DNA of 64,000 nucleotides, taken from positions 13,146,001 through 13,210,000 of the forward strand of contig NC_058383.1 of assembly GCF_018350175.1 (NCBI RefSeq), written 5' to 3'. This document shows, piece after piece, positions 26,708 to 38,736 of this stretch; position 1 is the first letter of the stretch; the number at the start of each line of letters is the position of its first letter. The translations under genes and the position numbers were made by a program. Origin of the DNA: Felis catus (Eukaryota). The notes beneath the pieces are model-generated. The model saw nothing but the letters and a program-made list of their open reading frames with translations. It made no database searches and had not been told where the DNA came from.

Positions 26708-27362
26708 TGAGAAAGCTTAGTATGTACTCTCGGCAAATTTCTAGTATGTTGTACAGTGTTAATAACTATAATCGCCATCCCGTACTTTAGACCCTCAGCA
26801 CGTAATCATCTTATAACTGAACGTTTGTACCCTTTGACCAATATTTCCTCATTTCCTCCATCCCCCAACGCTGCAATTGCCGTTCTACTCCTTGTATGAG
26901 TTCAACTTGTTTCCCATGTAAGTGATGCCATACAGTGTTTGTCTTTGTCAGCCTGGCAATATTTCACTTAACTTAATGCCCTCCAGGTTCATCAGCATTG
27001 TTGCAAATGACAGGATGTTCTTTTTTATGGCTGATTAATATTCAAGTGTGTATGTGTTTGTGTGTGTGTATCTCACATCTTGTTTTTATCAATTCCTTCA
27101 TAGATGGACACTTAGGTGTTTCCATGTCTTGGCTTTTGTAAATAATACTGCAATGAACACGGGAGTGTAGATTCTCTCCGTAAGATAATTTATTTTACTT
27201 CTAAAATATACCCAGAGTGGATTTGCAGGCTCATATGGTAGTTTTATTTTGCATTTTTTAGGAACCTCCATATTGTTTTTCATAATAGCTGTACACATTT
27301 CTATCCCCACCAACAGTGTACAAGGGTTTCCTTTTTTTCACATTCTTCCTAACAGAGGTTAC
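26515..27362 (-). mobile_element. L1MA-like 3' end (host element, resumes at 29870-30570)
   Basis: L1MA 3' UTR pattern with internal (TG)n. The sequence continues in register after the inserted L1. Confidence 0.85.
26655..26706. repeat. (TG)26 microsatellite within an L1 3' UTR
   Basis: Perfect dinucleotide run. Confidence 0.98.
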
Positions 27363-27790
27363 CTCTAGTTTTTTTTTTTTTTAAGTGTAGTTGACATACA
27401 ATATTCTATTAGTTTCAGCTGTACAACACAGTGATTCAACATTTATATATATTATGAAGTGATCACCATGATGAAACTAGCTACCCTTTGTCACCATACA
27501 AAAGTGTTAAAATATTACTAACTGTATTTATATGCTATACATTGCATCCCTGTGTCTTATTTATTTTGTAACTGGAAGTTTGTACCTTTTAATCCCCTTC
27601 CCCTATTTTGCCCATCTTTCCTCTTCCCTGGCAACCAGATTGTTATCCACATCTGTGAGTCTGTTTCTGTTTTGTTTGTTCATTTGTTTTGTTTTTTGGA
27701 TTTCACATATAAGTGAAATCATATGATATTTGTCTTTCTCTGTCTGACATACTTCCTTTAGCCCTTATGAATAGCAAGATTTCAATTACT

Positions 27791-28216
27791 ATTTTTTGAC
27801 GTGTATTTATTTATTTTGAGAGAGAGTGCAAGCTGGGAAGGGGCCGAGAGAGAGGGGGAGAGAGAGAATCTCAGGCAGGCTCTGCACTGTCAGCACAGAG
27901 CCCAACATGGGGCTTGATCTCATGAACCATGAGATTATGACCTGAGCTGAAATCAAGAGTCAGATGCTTAGGGGCATCTGGGTGGCTCAGTCAGTTGAGC
28001 ATCTGACTTTGGCTCAAGTCATAATCTCACAGTTTGTGGGTTTGAGCCCCATGTTGGGCTCTGTGCTGATGGCTCAGAGCCTGGAGCCTGCTTCGGATTC
28101 TGTGTTTCCCTCTCTCTCTCTGCCCTTCCCCTGCTCATACTCTGTCTCTCAAAAATAAATAAATGTTAAAAAAAAAAGAGTCGGATGCTTAACCAACTGA
28201 GCCACCCAAGCACCCC
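27791..28216 (-). mobile_element. Can-SINE (outer), split by a younger SINE
   Basis: Body at 27791-27970, head resumes at 28192-28216. Confidence 0.93.
27971..28175 (+). mobile_element. Can-SINE (inner, opposite orientation)
   Basis: TSD AAGAGTC(A/G)GATGCTTA at 27955-27970 and 28176-28191. Confidence 0.95.
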
Positions 28217-29080
28217 TCAATAATTTTTTTATTGGCGTGTGTGTGTGTGTGTGTGTGTGTAAAATCTTCTTTATCCATTCATCTTTTTTATCCATTTCTA
28301 TTGATGGACACTTAGGTCGCTTCCATACTGGGGCTGTTGTAAATAATGCTGCAATAAACATAGGGGTGCATATATCTTTTTGAATCAGTGTTTTAGTTTT
28401 CTTTAGGTAAAAACCCAAATGTGAAATTACTAGGTCCTATGGTACTTCTGTTTTCAATTTTTTGAGAAACCTCCAGACTTTTTTCATAGTGACGGCACTA
28501 TTTAACATTTACATAAGGGTTCCTTTTTCTCCACATCCTCAGCAGTGCTTGTTTATTCTTGTCTTTTTGAGAATGGCCATTCTGTCAGGTGTGAGGTGAG
28601 ATCTCCTTGTGGTTTTGATTTGCATTTTCCTGATGATGAGTGATATTGAGCATCTTTTCACAGGTCTATTGGCTATCTGTATGTCATCTTTGGAGAAATA
28701 TTTATTCAGGTCTTTTGCTTCTTTTTTAATCAGATGTTTTTATATTGAGTTGTATGAGTTCTTTATTTTGGATATTAATCTGTTATTGATTGTATCATTT
28801 GAAAATGTCTTCTCCCATTCAGTAGGTTGCTTTTTCCTTTTGTTGATGGTTTCCTTTGCTTTACAAAGCTTTTTAGTTTGATACAGTCCTATTAGTTGAT
28901 TTTTACTTTTGTTGCCCTTGCCTTAGGACAACAAAAGTATTACTAAGATCAATGTCCAAAAGCTTACTGCCTATATTTTTTCTAGGATGTTTATGGTTTC
29001 TGGTCTTATATTTAAATTTTTAATCCATTTTTAGTTTATTTTTGTATATGATGTAAGAAAGTGCCAGCTTCATTTTCTTC

Positions 29081-29856
29081 TAAGATCAGGAATAAGACAA
29101 GGATGTCAGCTCTCACTGCTTTTATTCAACATAGTATTCAAAGTCCTAACCACAGCAGTCAGACAAGAAAAAGTAATCAAAGGCATCCAAATTAGAAAAT
29201 AAGTAAAGCTGTCACTATTTACAGATGAAATGATATTATATATAGAAAACCCTAGACTCTACCAAAAAACTGTTAGAACTGATAAATGAATTTAGCGAGG
29301 TTGCAGTCTATAAAATTAATATACAGAAATCTGTTGCATTCCTGTGTACTAGTAATGACCTATGAGAGAATTAAGAAAACAATTCCCTTTATAATTGCAT
29401 TGGAAAGAATAAAATCCTGAGGAATAAATTTAACCAAGGAGGTGAGAGACCTGTACTCTGAAAATTGTAAGACACAGATGAAAGAAATTGAAGATGACAC
29501 AGATAAATGGAAAGATATACCATGCCCATGCATTGGAAGAATTAATATTGTTTAAGTATTCATACTACCTAAAACAGTCTATAGATATGCAATCTATACA
29601 GAAGTACCAATGGCATTTTTTTGCAGAACTAGAACAGAAAAGACAATGATGGCCAAAGCAATCCTGAGAAGGACTGAGAAAGACTGAGGCCTCTTCCTCC
29701 TTGATTTCAAACTGTGCTACAAACTTACAGTAATCAAAACAGCATGTTGGCATGAAACAGACACAGATCAGTGCAACAGAGTTCAGATATAAACTCCTGC
29801 TTATATTGTCAATTATCAACAAAGGAGGCAAGAATATACAATGGAGAAAAGACAGT
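29081..29856 (+). mobile_element. Inverted 5' segment of the same L1 (reverse transcriptase region)
   Basis: Plus strand reads as degraded ORF2 RT, from an [23 protein letters not shown] segment through the FADD-equivalent to KGGKNIQWRKDSL. Confidence 0.88.
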
Positions 29857-29963
29857 CTCAAGTGTTTTTGCTAATAGTCATCCTAACAGGTGTGAAATGA
29901 TATCTCATTATGGTTTTGATTTGCATTTCTCTTGATGATGTTGAGTACCTTTATTAAACTTTT

Positions 29964-30181
29964 TGAAATGGTATTTATTTTTGAGAGAGAGACGGACAGA
30001 CAGACAGCATGAGCATGAGCAGGACAGGGACGGAGAGAGAGGGAGATACAGAATCTGAAGCAGCCTTCAGACTCTGAGCTGTCAGCACAGAGCTGGGTGT
30101 GGGGCTCAAACTCAACAAACCATGAGATCATGACCTGAACCAAAGTTGGACGCTTAATCAACTGAGTCACCCAGGCGCCCC
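29964..30181 (-). mobile_element. Can-SINE inserted into the tail of the neighbouring SINE
   Basis: Full SINE flanked by TTAAA(C/T)TTT-like repeats. Confidence 0.92.
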
Positions 30182-30400
30182 TTAAATTTTAAAATGATTT
30201 TAAGGTAGAGAGAGAAAGAGAGTGTGCATGTGTGAGCAGGAGAGGGGGACAGATGGAGAGAGAGAAAGAGAGAGAATCTTAAGCAGGCTCTACACTCAGT
30301 GTGGAGCCTGACACAGGGCTCGATTGCATGACCCTGGGATCATGACCTGAGCTAAATTCAAGAGTCAGATGCTCAACTGACTGAGCCACCCAGGCACCCC
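30182..30400 (-). mobile_element. Can-SINE (older subfamily)
   Basis: TSD TTGA(G/A)TACCTTT at 29941-29952 and 30401-30412 brackets both SINEs. Confidence 0.92.
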
Positions 30401-31989
30401 TTGAATACCTTTTAATGTGCCTGTTGACCATTTGTATATCTTCTTTGGCAAATTGCCTGTTCAGGTCCTTTTGAATCAGATTGTTAGTGGATGTGTGTGT
30501 TTTACTGTTGAGTTGTACGTGGTCCTTCTATATTTTAGATATTAACTGCCAACGAGGTATATGATTTGTGGACCGGGTCTGAAGTGTGGGTACACGTGGA
30601 ACCGCCACAACTTTGGAGTCCAAGCCATGTCTGGTGTTGTAGGGCACTGCTGGTCCTGGGGTAGAACATCAGCAGCTCCTTCTGGGGGCTGCATAGCAGT
30701 GTGTCCTTCTCTCAGCATTCACAGCTGTCATGAGGGCTGTTGAGGTCTTCGGCAGCAAAGGCTGCCAGTGTGTTCTGCATAGCAGGTCACATCGGGACCA
30801 TCTGGAAGATCTCCTTTGTAAATGTATTTACTTATTCATTCAATTTTTTTTTTTTGTCTGTCATTTCTCACTGAAAGTGAGTTCAGTGATAGCAGATCCT
30901 TAACCCTCTGTACCTTGTGGGGTTCCTGGCACATGCTGGGTATGTCCACTAAATCGGTGTTTGTTGAATGAATGTATGAATGGACAAAACAAACCCCTTT
31001 TGTAGGGCAGGTGCTGTGTTAGCAATTAAAAAAATTAAGTTCAGATCTGCAAACAGTGTTTGTTATAACCTGGAATTGTTGATTGGAATTTTTTTTACAG
31101 AAATCCAGTGTCAGGCTTACTTGGAGAAATACTATTGCGGATCATAATCCCCCCTTCCTCCTACCACTAATGGCTATTCTTGGCAGTAAAGCCAGTTTCC
31201 AGGTGAGAACTTTATTGATTTTGGCCAAAGGCCATTGCAAACTTTCCAGTATTAGGAAGGGTCTCTAGGCCTCCCTCCTTGACTAGGATGGTGTTCCTGA
31301 CTTGAGGAACTAAATTGGCTGAAAGTTGAAGGACGGAATAGAAATTGTACATATTGACATTATTATTTTATATGTGTTCTGAGCAATTATCCAGATTTGC
31401 TTTGAGAACTTAGTTATTACCAGATCAAATAATAGTTCCTTCAATTTTTAGTGTAATTTTTCTGTGCATGGTGATATTGTGATTCTTATTTCAAAGTAGG
31501 AAACATGTTAATAAGCAGTTACTTGGTGAATTTGGGGTTATCTCTGATTGGTGAATTTGGGGTTATGTCTGAATCAAATACTGTGGGTAGCCCTTCCCCA
31601 ATCTTTTATAAAAATTCTTTTAGATTTAACCAACCTTGGAGTTGCAGAAGCAGTAGGTTTGAAGTTCAGAGCTGGATTCATAATGTCTGGAAGATAAGCT
31701 TTGAAAACCTACACATGGACAGTGTGGCCCTGGATTCACAAACGTAGTATCGAGATGAAAAGACTGAGAATTTTCAGTCTATAAATTTTAAAGTCATTCT
31801 TCATCATGCCATAATTTCTCCCAGATGGATTAAACCATTTTACAGCTATTTATAAAAGAGTGATTTGATACCATAATTCAGTTCACATGGCAGTCCTTGA
31901 ACATCGGGTCCCTAACAGGGGTAAACTGGATTAAATGAGAAGGTGATAGGGACGGCTGTTCTGGGTTAATGGAAACTCGAGAGACTCAG

Positions 31990-32440
31990 CCGTCAAAAGG
32001 GAGAGTGTGAGCTTTGATTGGATCTTTGGTTGAGGGCAGTGCTGAAAAGGTCATTTGGGGACAACTTGGGAAATTTGAAAATTGGGTTGTAGTAGATGAC
32101 AATATTGAGCAAAAACATCAAACTGTTTGAGTGTGTTAACGACATTGTTAGTTACAAAGGAGAATGTCCTTGTTTTCAGACTCATGCTCAAGTAGGGTGA
32201 AGTATCAAAGTTTTCAATTCTCAAACGATTCAAAAAGTGTATGTGTAGGGGGGGAAGGCATGGAGTGGAGAGATGGGGGGAAAGAGGGGAGACAACGGAG
32301 AGTGGGCACATATGGCAAAATGTTAGTAAATTTTGTGACAAAATATTATAGTTAGTGAATCTGAGTGAAGAGTGTCTGGGAATTAATTGTCCTCTTAACT
32401 TCTCTGTGGATTTAAAGTTTTTATAATAAAATATTGAGAG
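31990..32440 (+). mobile_element. Ancient L1 (L1ME-like) 3' fragment
   Basis: TTTGGGGACAACTTGGGAAATTTGAA and GTGAATCTGAGTGAAG motifs recalled from L1ME 3' ends. Confidence 0.6.
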
Positions 32441-33224
32441 GAGGTACAATAAAGAGAAGCTAAGTGTGGAAAAGCAGTGATATTTTAGGCTGATTTTTCA
32501 CCAGTTCCACACTCTGAAAGGCTACTTGCTGTTTGTAAACTGAGTCCAGTTCTCATCTTAAATACCTAGCTTAATGGCAAGTTGACTTAGTTGGTACATT
32601 TAGGTTCTACTAATGGAACTTGCTCATAAAATGGTTGTATGGAGACAAATACTATTACTTAGTATATCAGAAATCAAGATTAAGGAGGTAAAGTAGAGGG
32701 AGCAGCCTGAAAACCCAGCCATTTGCTGGGTTACATGCCACTAGAAATACTTTGGTAAACACCTCCCCCTCCCTGGACAAACACAATGAGTTTAAAACAA
32801 TTTGTCCATTGTTACCATCAGTATATAGAGTATTTGATAAGTTTGCTGAAATACCTAGTTCATTCCTTATTTCAAACATGGAAGGTAAGGATAGTCACTG
32901 TTCTTTAAACTCAAAAAGATTTCTTGGGGTGTGGGGCAAGGATTAAGGAGATAAGGAATATGGATATGAATAATCATCTGGGCGTACCTTTATGAATGCA
33001 TCTACAGCCTTGACTAAAGCTACCTTTATGTTGTTGCTGGCTTCAGGGATATGGTAAACACCTCTTGAAACATTTGATAGGTCTTGGTCACATAAAGAAT
33101 GGTATATGCTCTTTATAGAGACCTTTCCTGTAGATAATTAACAATCTAACTTGTCTTACCTAACAGTGTTCTCTTTGTGACCCCTATCCTTCCATGAGAC
33201 AAGTAGAAAATCTAAAATTTTGAT

Positions 33225-33427
33225 GGAGCGCCTGGGTGGCTCAGTTGGTTGAGCGTCTGACTTGGGCTCAGGACATGATCTCACGGTTCGTGAGTTTGAG
33301 CCCCACATTGGGCTTGCTGCTGTCAGCACAGAGCCTGCTTTGGATCTGCCAATCCCCCTCTCTCTGTCCCTCCTCCGCTCGTGCTCTCTTTCCCCGAAAT
33401 AGATAAACATTAAAAAAAAAAAAAAAA
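33225..33427 (+). mobile_element. Can-SINE
   Basis: Near-identical TSD AGAAAAT(C/T)TAAAA(T/A)TTTGA at 33205-33223 and 33428-33446. Confidence 0.95.
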
Positions 33428-34131
33428 AGAAAATTTAAAAATTTGAGTTTAGAATTCTTCCAGCTGAGCCTTCTCTCTGCATGAAGGAAACTTTGGCTCT
33501 TTCAGAAAGAGTATGAAACTTGGCCAAGATGGCCCAGCTGGCTGGTGCTGGCCCTGGAATTCACCGTTAGTTTTACTGGCCTCTACAGCATGTCATGTCG
33601 TCATTGAAACAAGATGACAAGCTTCTCACATCGTGTGTGTGTGTGTGTGTGTGTATGTGTGTATACTGATTTATTTATGGAAGAATGATTAACATTCAAT
33701 GCCAAGTGCCATAATTGCATATCACTTATTGAATTGGTCTTTGTACATGTTGCCCTATAAATTGTAAACTTTTACCGGGCAGAATTTTTGTCTGTTTTGT
33801 GCACGGCTGTTTTCCTGGTACCTAAAACAATAGCTGGAATGTGATGGATACCAACTGAATATTTACTGAACGAATGAAGGAACCAGAATCAAATGGTCTA
33901 GGAAGAGATTCATGGCTGCCTGTGTAGCAAGGTTTCAGGGAAATAATTGCTCTATCAGAACACCACCCCCCCCCCCCCTCACTAGCTGATGGTCTAAACT
34001 AAAAAATTAGACATTGGTTTCTTGTGTATTTTCCACTGCTCCTGGGAGTGCTGATACATTAAGCTTGCTCAGCTTAGTGATTTGCTAACAGAGTATGGAC
34101 GATTTTAACAAACTCTTGCCTGGGGGCACTT

Positions 34132-34345
34132 AAAAAAAGTTTTTTTTAAATGTTTTTATTTATTTTTGAAGGAGAGAGAGACAGAGCATGGTGGGGGAGG
34201 AGCAGAGAGAGAGGGAGACATAGAATTTGAAGCAGGCTCTAAGCTGTCAGGACAGAGCCCAATGTGGGGCTCAAATTCACAAACCGTGAGATTATGACCT
34301 GAGCCGAAGTTGGACGCTTAACCGACTGAGCCACCCAGGTGCCCC
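34132..34345 (-). mobile_element. Can-SINE
   Basis: TSD GCCTGGG(G/A)GCACTT at 34118-34131 and 34347-34360. Confidence 0.95.
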
Positions 34346-35214
34346 AGCCTGGGAGCACTTTTAGAGGAAAGAAGGAGTAAAGTGTGAATAAGTCAAAGAG
34401 AGTAAAAGTGGAAAAGGAGAAACAAGGAAGAGGAGGAGATTGAAAGACAGACTCTGAGTGTCTCCTGATTTTGAACAGCACAGCTTTACTGGTGTGTGGC
34501 TTGGGGAAGACTTTGGAAAAAATGGCATGGGGTGGTTTGTCAAACTCGTGTACGTTCCCGTGGCCCCAGGAATTTGTATCATGTAATCATCTGTCACTCA
34601 CAGTGGCAAAGACTTGGATGTGGGGAATGTCTGCGAACCCTCAGCCCCGTGTGTGGGCACTCGTGTGGTGTTGCAGGAGAGGGCGCGGCTGCTCTCCGCA
34701 GAGCATGTTGGCCTTACGTGCTGTGTATCGTGTGTCACTTATGCCTCGGTAAGCCTGTGTGGAAAGGAAGGCCGACCCTGTATGTGTTTTGAGGCAGTGT
34801 TGAAGATCAGATTCATTTATTGCATGCAAAATTCTAGTTGAGGTAGAAAGTTGTTGAAATCATGTATTCAAAATGAAAAATTGAACACCTCAGAACAGAC
34901 ATTAGAGAGCATGCAGCTTTCTAGCGTCCTGACACATAATAGTTATTTAATAAATATTTGACATATGGGATGAGAGAGAAGAAGGGAGTTTTTGTGACTA
35001 ATGATTCAAATGGTGAGTGCAGCCGGGTTCATGGTTTCATAGATGTTTCTATTTTGAGGGGTTAGATGGTATCCTTAATAGTCACTGCCTTTTTTGAAGT
35101 TGTGTGCAACTGGACATTAAGAAGATGAGGGGAAAAAGAGTATATCTGTTTTCACAGTAGAGGAAAAGTAGTTTAAAAACAAAAAGAACAAAGACGTGAT
35201 CTGAATCTGTGCAT

Positions 35215-35385
35215 CCTCCTTCACCTCCCTGTGCCTCAACGTTTTCATCTGTAAAATAGGGCTAATCATGTGTACTTCATAGCACTGGTTAGCGAGGATT
35301 AGAAGAGATCATCTGCGGAAAGGCGTTTCGATAGAGCAGTGCCTGGCGCATCACACGTGTCCCCTGCTGTGTTAGCTATAGATGC
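35215..35385 (+). mobile_element. MIR
   Basis: Core CTGTGCCTCAACGTTTTCATCTGTAAAATAGGG and 3' CAGTGCCTGGC. Confidence 0.75.
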
Positions 35386-36218
35386 TGGTGGCCGTGTTTC
35401 TGTAGCTTAATGTGAGAGAGTAGAGCTAGTCTGCAGTAGTTTGAAGAAATACTGTGTGCTGGGAAGGGGAGACTTGTCTTTTAGGAAGAATATGGGATCT
35501 TGTGAAGAGTAGAAAAAAAAAATCTTGTGTTTAATTCATGTGAAAGTCAGTGAAAATGAAGGGAACCTAGGATCTGGAGCAGAGATTTGGAAATGCAGCA
35601 ACCCGTGTGGACGGGTCTGTCTGATCTTCTGCAAGAGATGAGCATGAGACCTCTTCGTTCCTTTAGCTCCCTTCTCTGCACAGCAGAGATTAATTTTATT
35701 TGTGCTGTTTTAGTGAAGTGATTTGAGGTCCAGGGAGACAGGCCGAGGTGGTGTAGTGTAGGAGAGCATTTCAGAAAGGTAAGGTAGAAGACAGATCTGG
35801 GCCGCAGTGGTGTGAATTAAACATTTTCTTTTTCCTGTGGGCCTTCCTATCACAGAAGGAGCTGTGATCCCCAGGATTGCCCCATCCATCCAGATGTTCT
35901 GTCAGAATCATGACAGGAGTGGCTCACCGAAAGAAAACCAGTCTGATGCGAACAGATGAGTTAGCTGGTTGTCACTGTATCCCAAATGGGCTCTCCCGTA
36001 GATACCCTTCAGATGAAAACTTCCTTAAAGTATTTGCGGAAAGGAGATCATCGTTAACGCATTTGGAGAGCAAGTATATGTTGTTTACTGCAGAACGATA
36101 CAAGCAATGGAACTTTAGAATTTTTTCTGGGAGCTTAGATTAACTGAAATGTAATAAGGAAATTACCCAGTATATGATATGATCATCTAAATAATTGGGA
36201 AGTTATAAGTTATCATAG

Positions 36219-36420
36219 AACTTAGGGTGATTATGATGTGTCAGTGTAGGTTCATCCTTGGTTAAAACAAAAAGGTATTGTCCTGGTGAGTGATGTTGAA
36301 TAGTGGGGGAGACTATGCATATGTGTGGTAAGGATTATAGGGGAAGTCTCTGTACCTTTATTCCAGTTTTATTGTAAACCCACCTATGCTCCAGAAGTGT
36401 AAGTGTTTAATAAAAAAAAA
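36219..36420 (+). mobile_element. 5'-truncated L1 3' end (L1MC-like) inserted beside or within a MIR
   Basis: GATGTGTCAGTGTAGGTTCATC motif, AATAAA plus A tail, TSD AAGTTATC(A/T)TAG at 36207-36218 and 36421-36432. Confidence 0.75.
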
Positions 36421-37099
36421 AAGTTATCTTAGGGCCGAGAAGGACCTTGGAACTCGTCCAGTCTCAACACTTTACTTTAAAAACTTGGAAACTGAGGTTG
36501 AAATGTAAGAAGCAGTTATTTCCCCAGAGTTACCATGTGAAAGACAGAGCTTGTCTTGATATCTGAGTATTTTCTACCCTAAGACAACTTCTCTTTTTAT
36601 TTTAAAATAACTAGATGGGTATCTGAGGTGGAATATACCTCCTTTGTATATGTATTATATACCTATAACGTTTTTGTTTCTGTATATATACATGTAAGGT
36701 CTCCCTTCAAAACGGGAAAGATACAGTTAGGCAAAGTACCAGGTATTGAAGCCCTGCCCGCCCGCACCCCCCCCCCCCCCGAGCCCTGAAATCTCTTATT
36801 TGTCCAGTAGTCCTATCCCCTTCATGGCATTTTTGCTGATGCCTCTGTCCATTGTAGTGGTTGTGTCAATGGGGGATGGGAAAGGAACCCTGGACTCTTA
36901 GCGCAGGAACCCAAGTAACAAGAGATGGTTGGTGGTTCCCTGTCCTACTAAGCTCATTCACATACCTGCTGATCTGGGGATGGGAACATATGAAACATCA
37001 TCATCATCATCTTTGTTATTTGTGCTTTGAAGTTTGCAGTATATATTCACAAGTTACCTAACTTTGTTGTCACAACTATCGTTTATAGCAGGTATTATT

Positions 37100-37213
37100 G
37101 CAATCATTTTGCAATATATAAGTGCATTATACCAACACATTATACACCTTAAACTTACACAGTGTTGTTATATGTCAATTACGTCTCAGTTAAGCTGGGA
37201 AAAATTTTTAAAA
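37100..37213 (+). mobile_element. Very short L1 3' terminal insertion
   Basis: TACACCTTAAACTTACACAGTG...TATGTCAATTA L1 end, TSD AGCAG(G/A)TATTATT at 37087-37099 and 37214-37226. Confidence 0.75.
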
Positions 37214-37948
37214 AGCAGATATTATTAACTCAGCATTAAAGGTGTGAGAAGCAGAGTTCAGAGAAGTCTGAAGTGGAAGAGCCAGTGAAAGGGTGAGATT
37301 AAACTCAGATCTTTTGAGACTGAAATCTGTGCTCTTTCTAATACTAGGTATATCCTTGTTCTGGAAGCTTTACAGCCTGGCATGATTATGTCAGAATGAA
37401 AAGCAGGTGACCTATAGTGACTGAATAGATCATCTCTGTAGTATCTGATCTGTTGCATAGGAATAATTGAGCTGGAATGGAGGGGCAACGAGCCCATGTG
37501 TCTCTGAATATATTTAGAGCAGTCGTTCAGGAAGGCTTTTTGGAGATATTAGCTGGAGGAGGTTTGAGCTGATTGAAAAGAAGTGTGCTTGCAACAGAGC
37601 TGCAGATTCAGATAAAAAGGCGGTAACTGTCGTGAATGTTAAGTTGGTGCCAATCTCTGCTTCTTAGTGCCAACTCGGAATTCTGTTGGTTTAAGAATCA
37701 CAGAGTTTGGAGTAAACGGAGTTGAAATCATCTGAGTTTCAGGAGCGCATTGTATTTGGTAATCTGTCTTCATCCCTCAGCACTGCTTTCTCTGTGTTGG
37801 CTTCTTGTGGTGTAGAGGCAGAGACGAGTGAGTATGTTCTGCCAGCTCAGCAATCCCGGGAGCGAGGGAGCCTCACTCTTGTCTTCTCCAACAAGAATCC
37901 TGCTGCCCCCACTCCTCTGTGGTCTGAGTTCAGTCCTATGGCCATTTT

Positions 37949-38288
37949 TATTTTTATTTTTTTGTTTTTTTTTAATACGAGATTTATTGTCAAAGTAGTT
38001 TCTATGCAACACCCAGTGCTCATCCCACCAGGTGCCCTCCTCCATGCCCAGCACCCACTTTCCCCTCCCCACCCCCATCAACCCTCAGTTTATTCTCAGT
38101 TTTTAAGAGTCTTTGATGGTTTGCCTCCCTCCCTAACTTTTTTTTTCCCCCTTTCCCTCCCCCATGGTCTTCTGTTAAGTTTCTCAGCATCCACATAAGA
38201 GTGAAAACATATGGTATCTGTCTTTCTCTCTATGACTTATTTCACTTAGCATAACACTCTCCAGTTCGATCCACGTTGCTACAAAAGG
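37949..38288 (-). mobile_element. Young 5'-truncated felid L1 (L1_Fc-like)
   Basis: Poly-T and felid L1 3' UTR, perfect 14-bp TSD CCTATGGCCATTTT at 37935-37948 and 38289-38302. Confidence 0.92.
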
Positions 38289-38515
38289 CCTATGGCCATT
38301 TTAAAATCAGTCTCTTGCAGCTGATTGGCGAATCTGTCACAAACGCACCCTTTGATGAGATGACTCTCCTGTCCCAGTCAGATCTCAAACTGCTGGGACC
38401 CTGAGGTAGGTAGAGTTAATCCTTTAAGAGGGACTTGAGCTGCGGTTACCAAAGAATAAAGGAAAGGTGCTGGGGCAGCAAAAACATGATGAGGCTTAAA
38501 AATACATATATTTTA

Positions 38516-38675
38516 GGGGTGCCTGGGTGGGTCAGTTGGTTAAGCGTCCAACTTCGGCTCAGGTTATGATCTCAAGGTTCATGGGTTCAAGCCCCATGCC
38601 GGGCTCTGTGCTGACAGCTCAGAGCCTGGAGCCTGCTTCAGATTCTGTGTCTCCCTCTCTTGCTGTCCCTCCCCT

Positions 38676-38707
<32 letters not shown>

Positions 38708-38736
38708 AAAAATGAATAAACATTTAAAAAAAAACC
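38516..38736 (+). mobile_element. Can-SINE
   Basis: TSD TAAAAATACATATATT at 38497-38512 and 38737-38752. Confidence 0.95.

Larger units (their letters stand above)
27375..29080 (-). mobile_element. Carnivore L1 (L1_Carn-like), non-inverted 3' segment
   Basis: Poly-T, 3' UTR and ORF2 C-terminal remnants (TLIQKDICTPMFIAALFT...WKRPKCPS). Confidence 0.88.
29870..30570 (-). mobile_element. Continuation of the L1MA-like host, interrupted by two SINEs
   Basis: TAATAGTCATCCTAACAGGTGTGAAATGATATCTC continues the L1 text broken at about 27362. Confidence 0.8.

Noticed and set aside
34680..34710. REST/RE1-like GCTCTCCGCAGAGC in a CpG-rich patch
   Set aside because: Only one half-site matches, with too many mismatches.
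37722..38198. Longest ORF in the track (158 aa)
   Set aside because: Non-ATG start, runs into an antisense L1 3' UTR and poly-T, no protein-like features.
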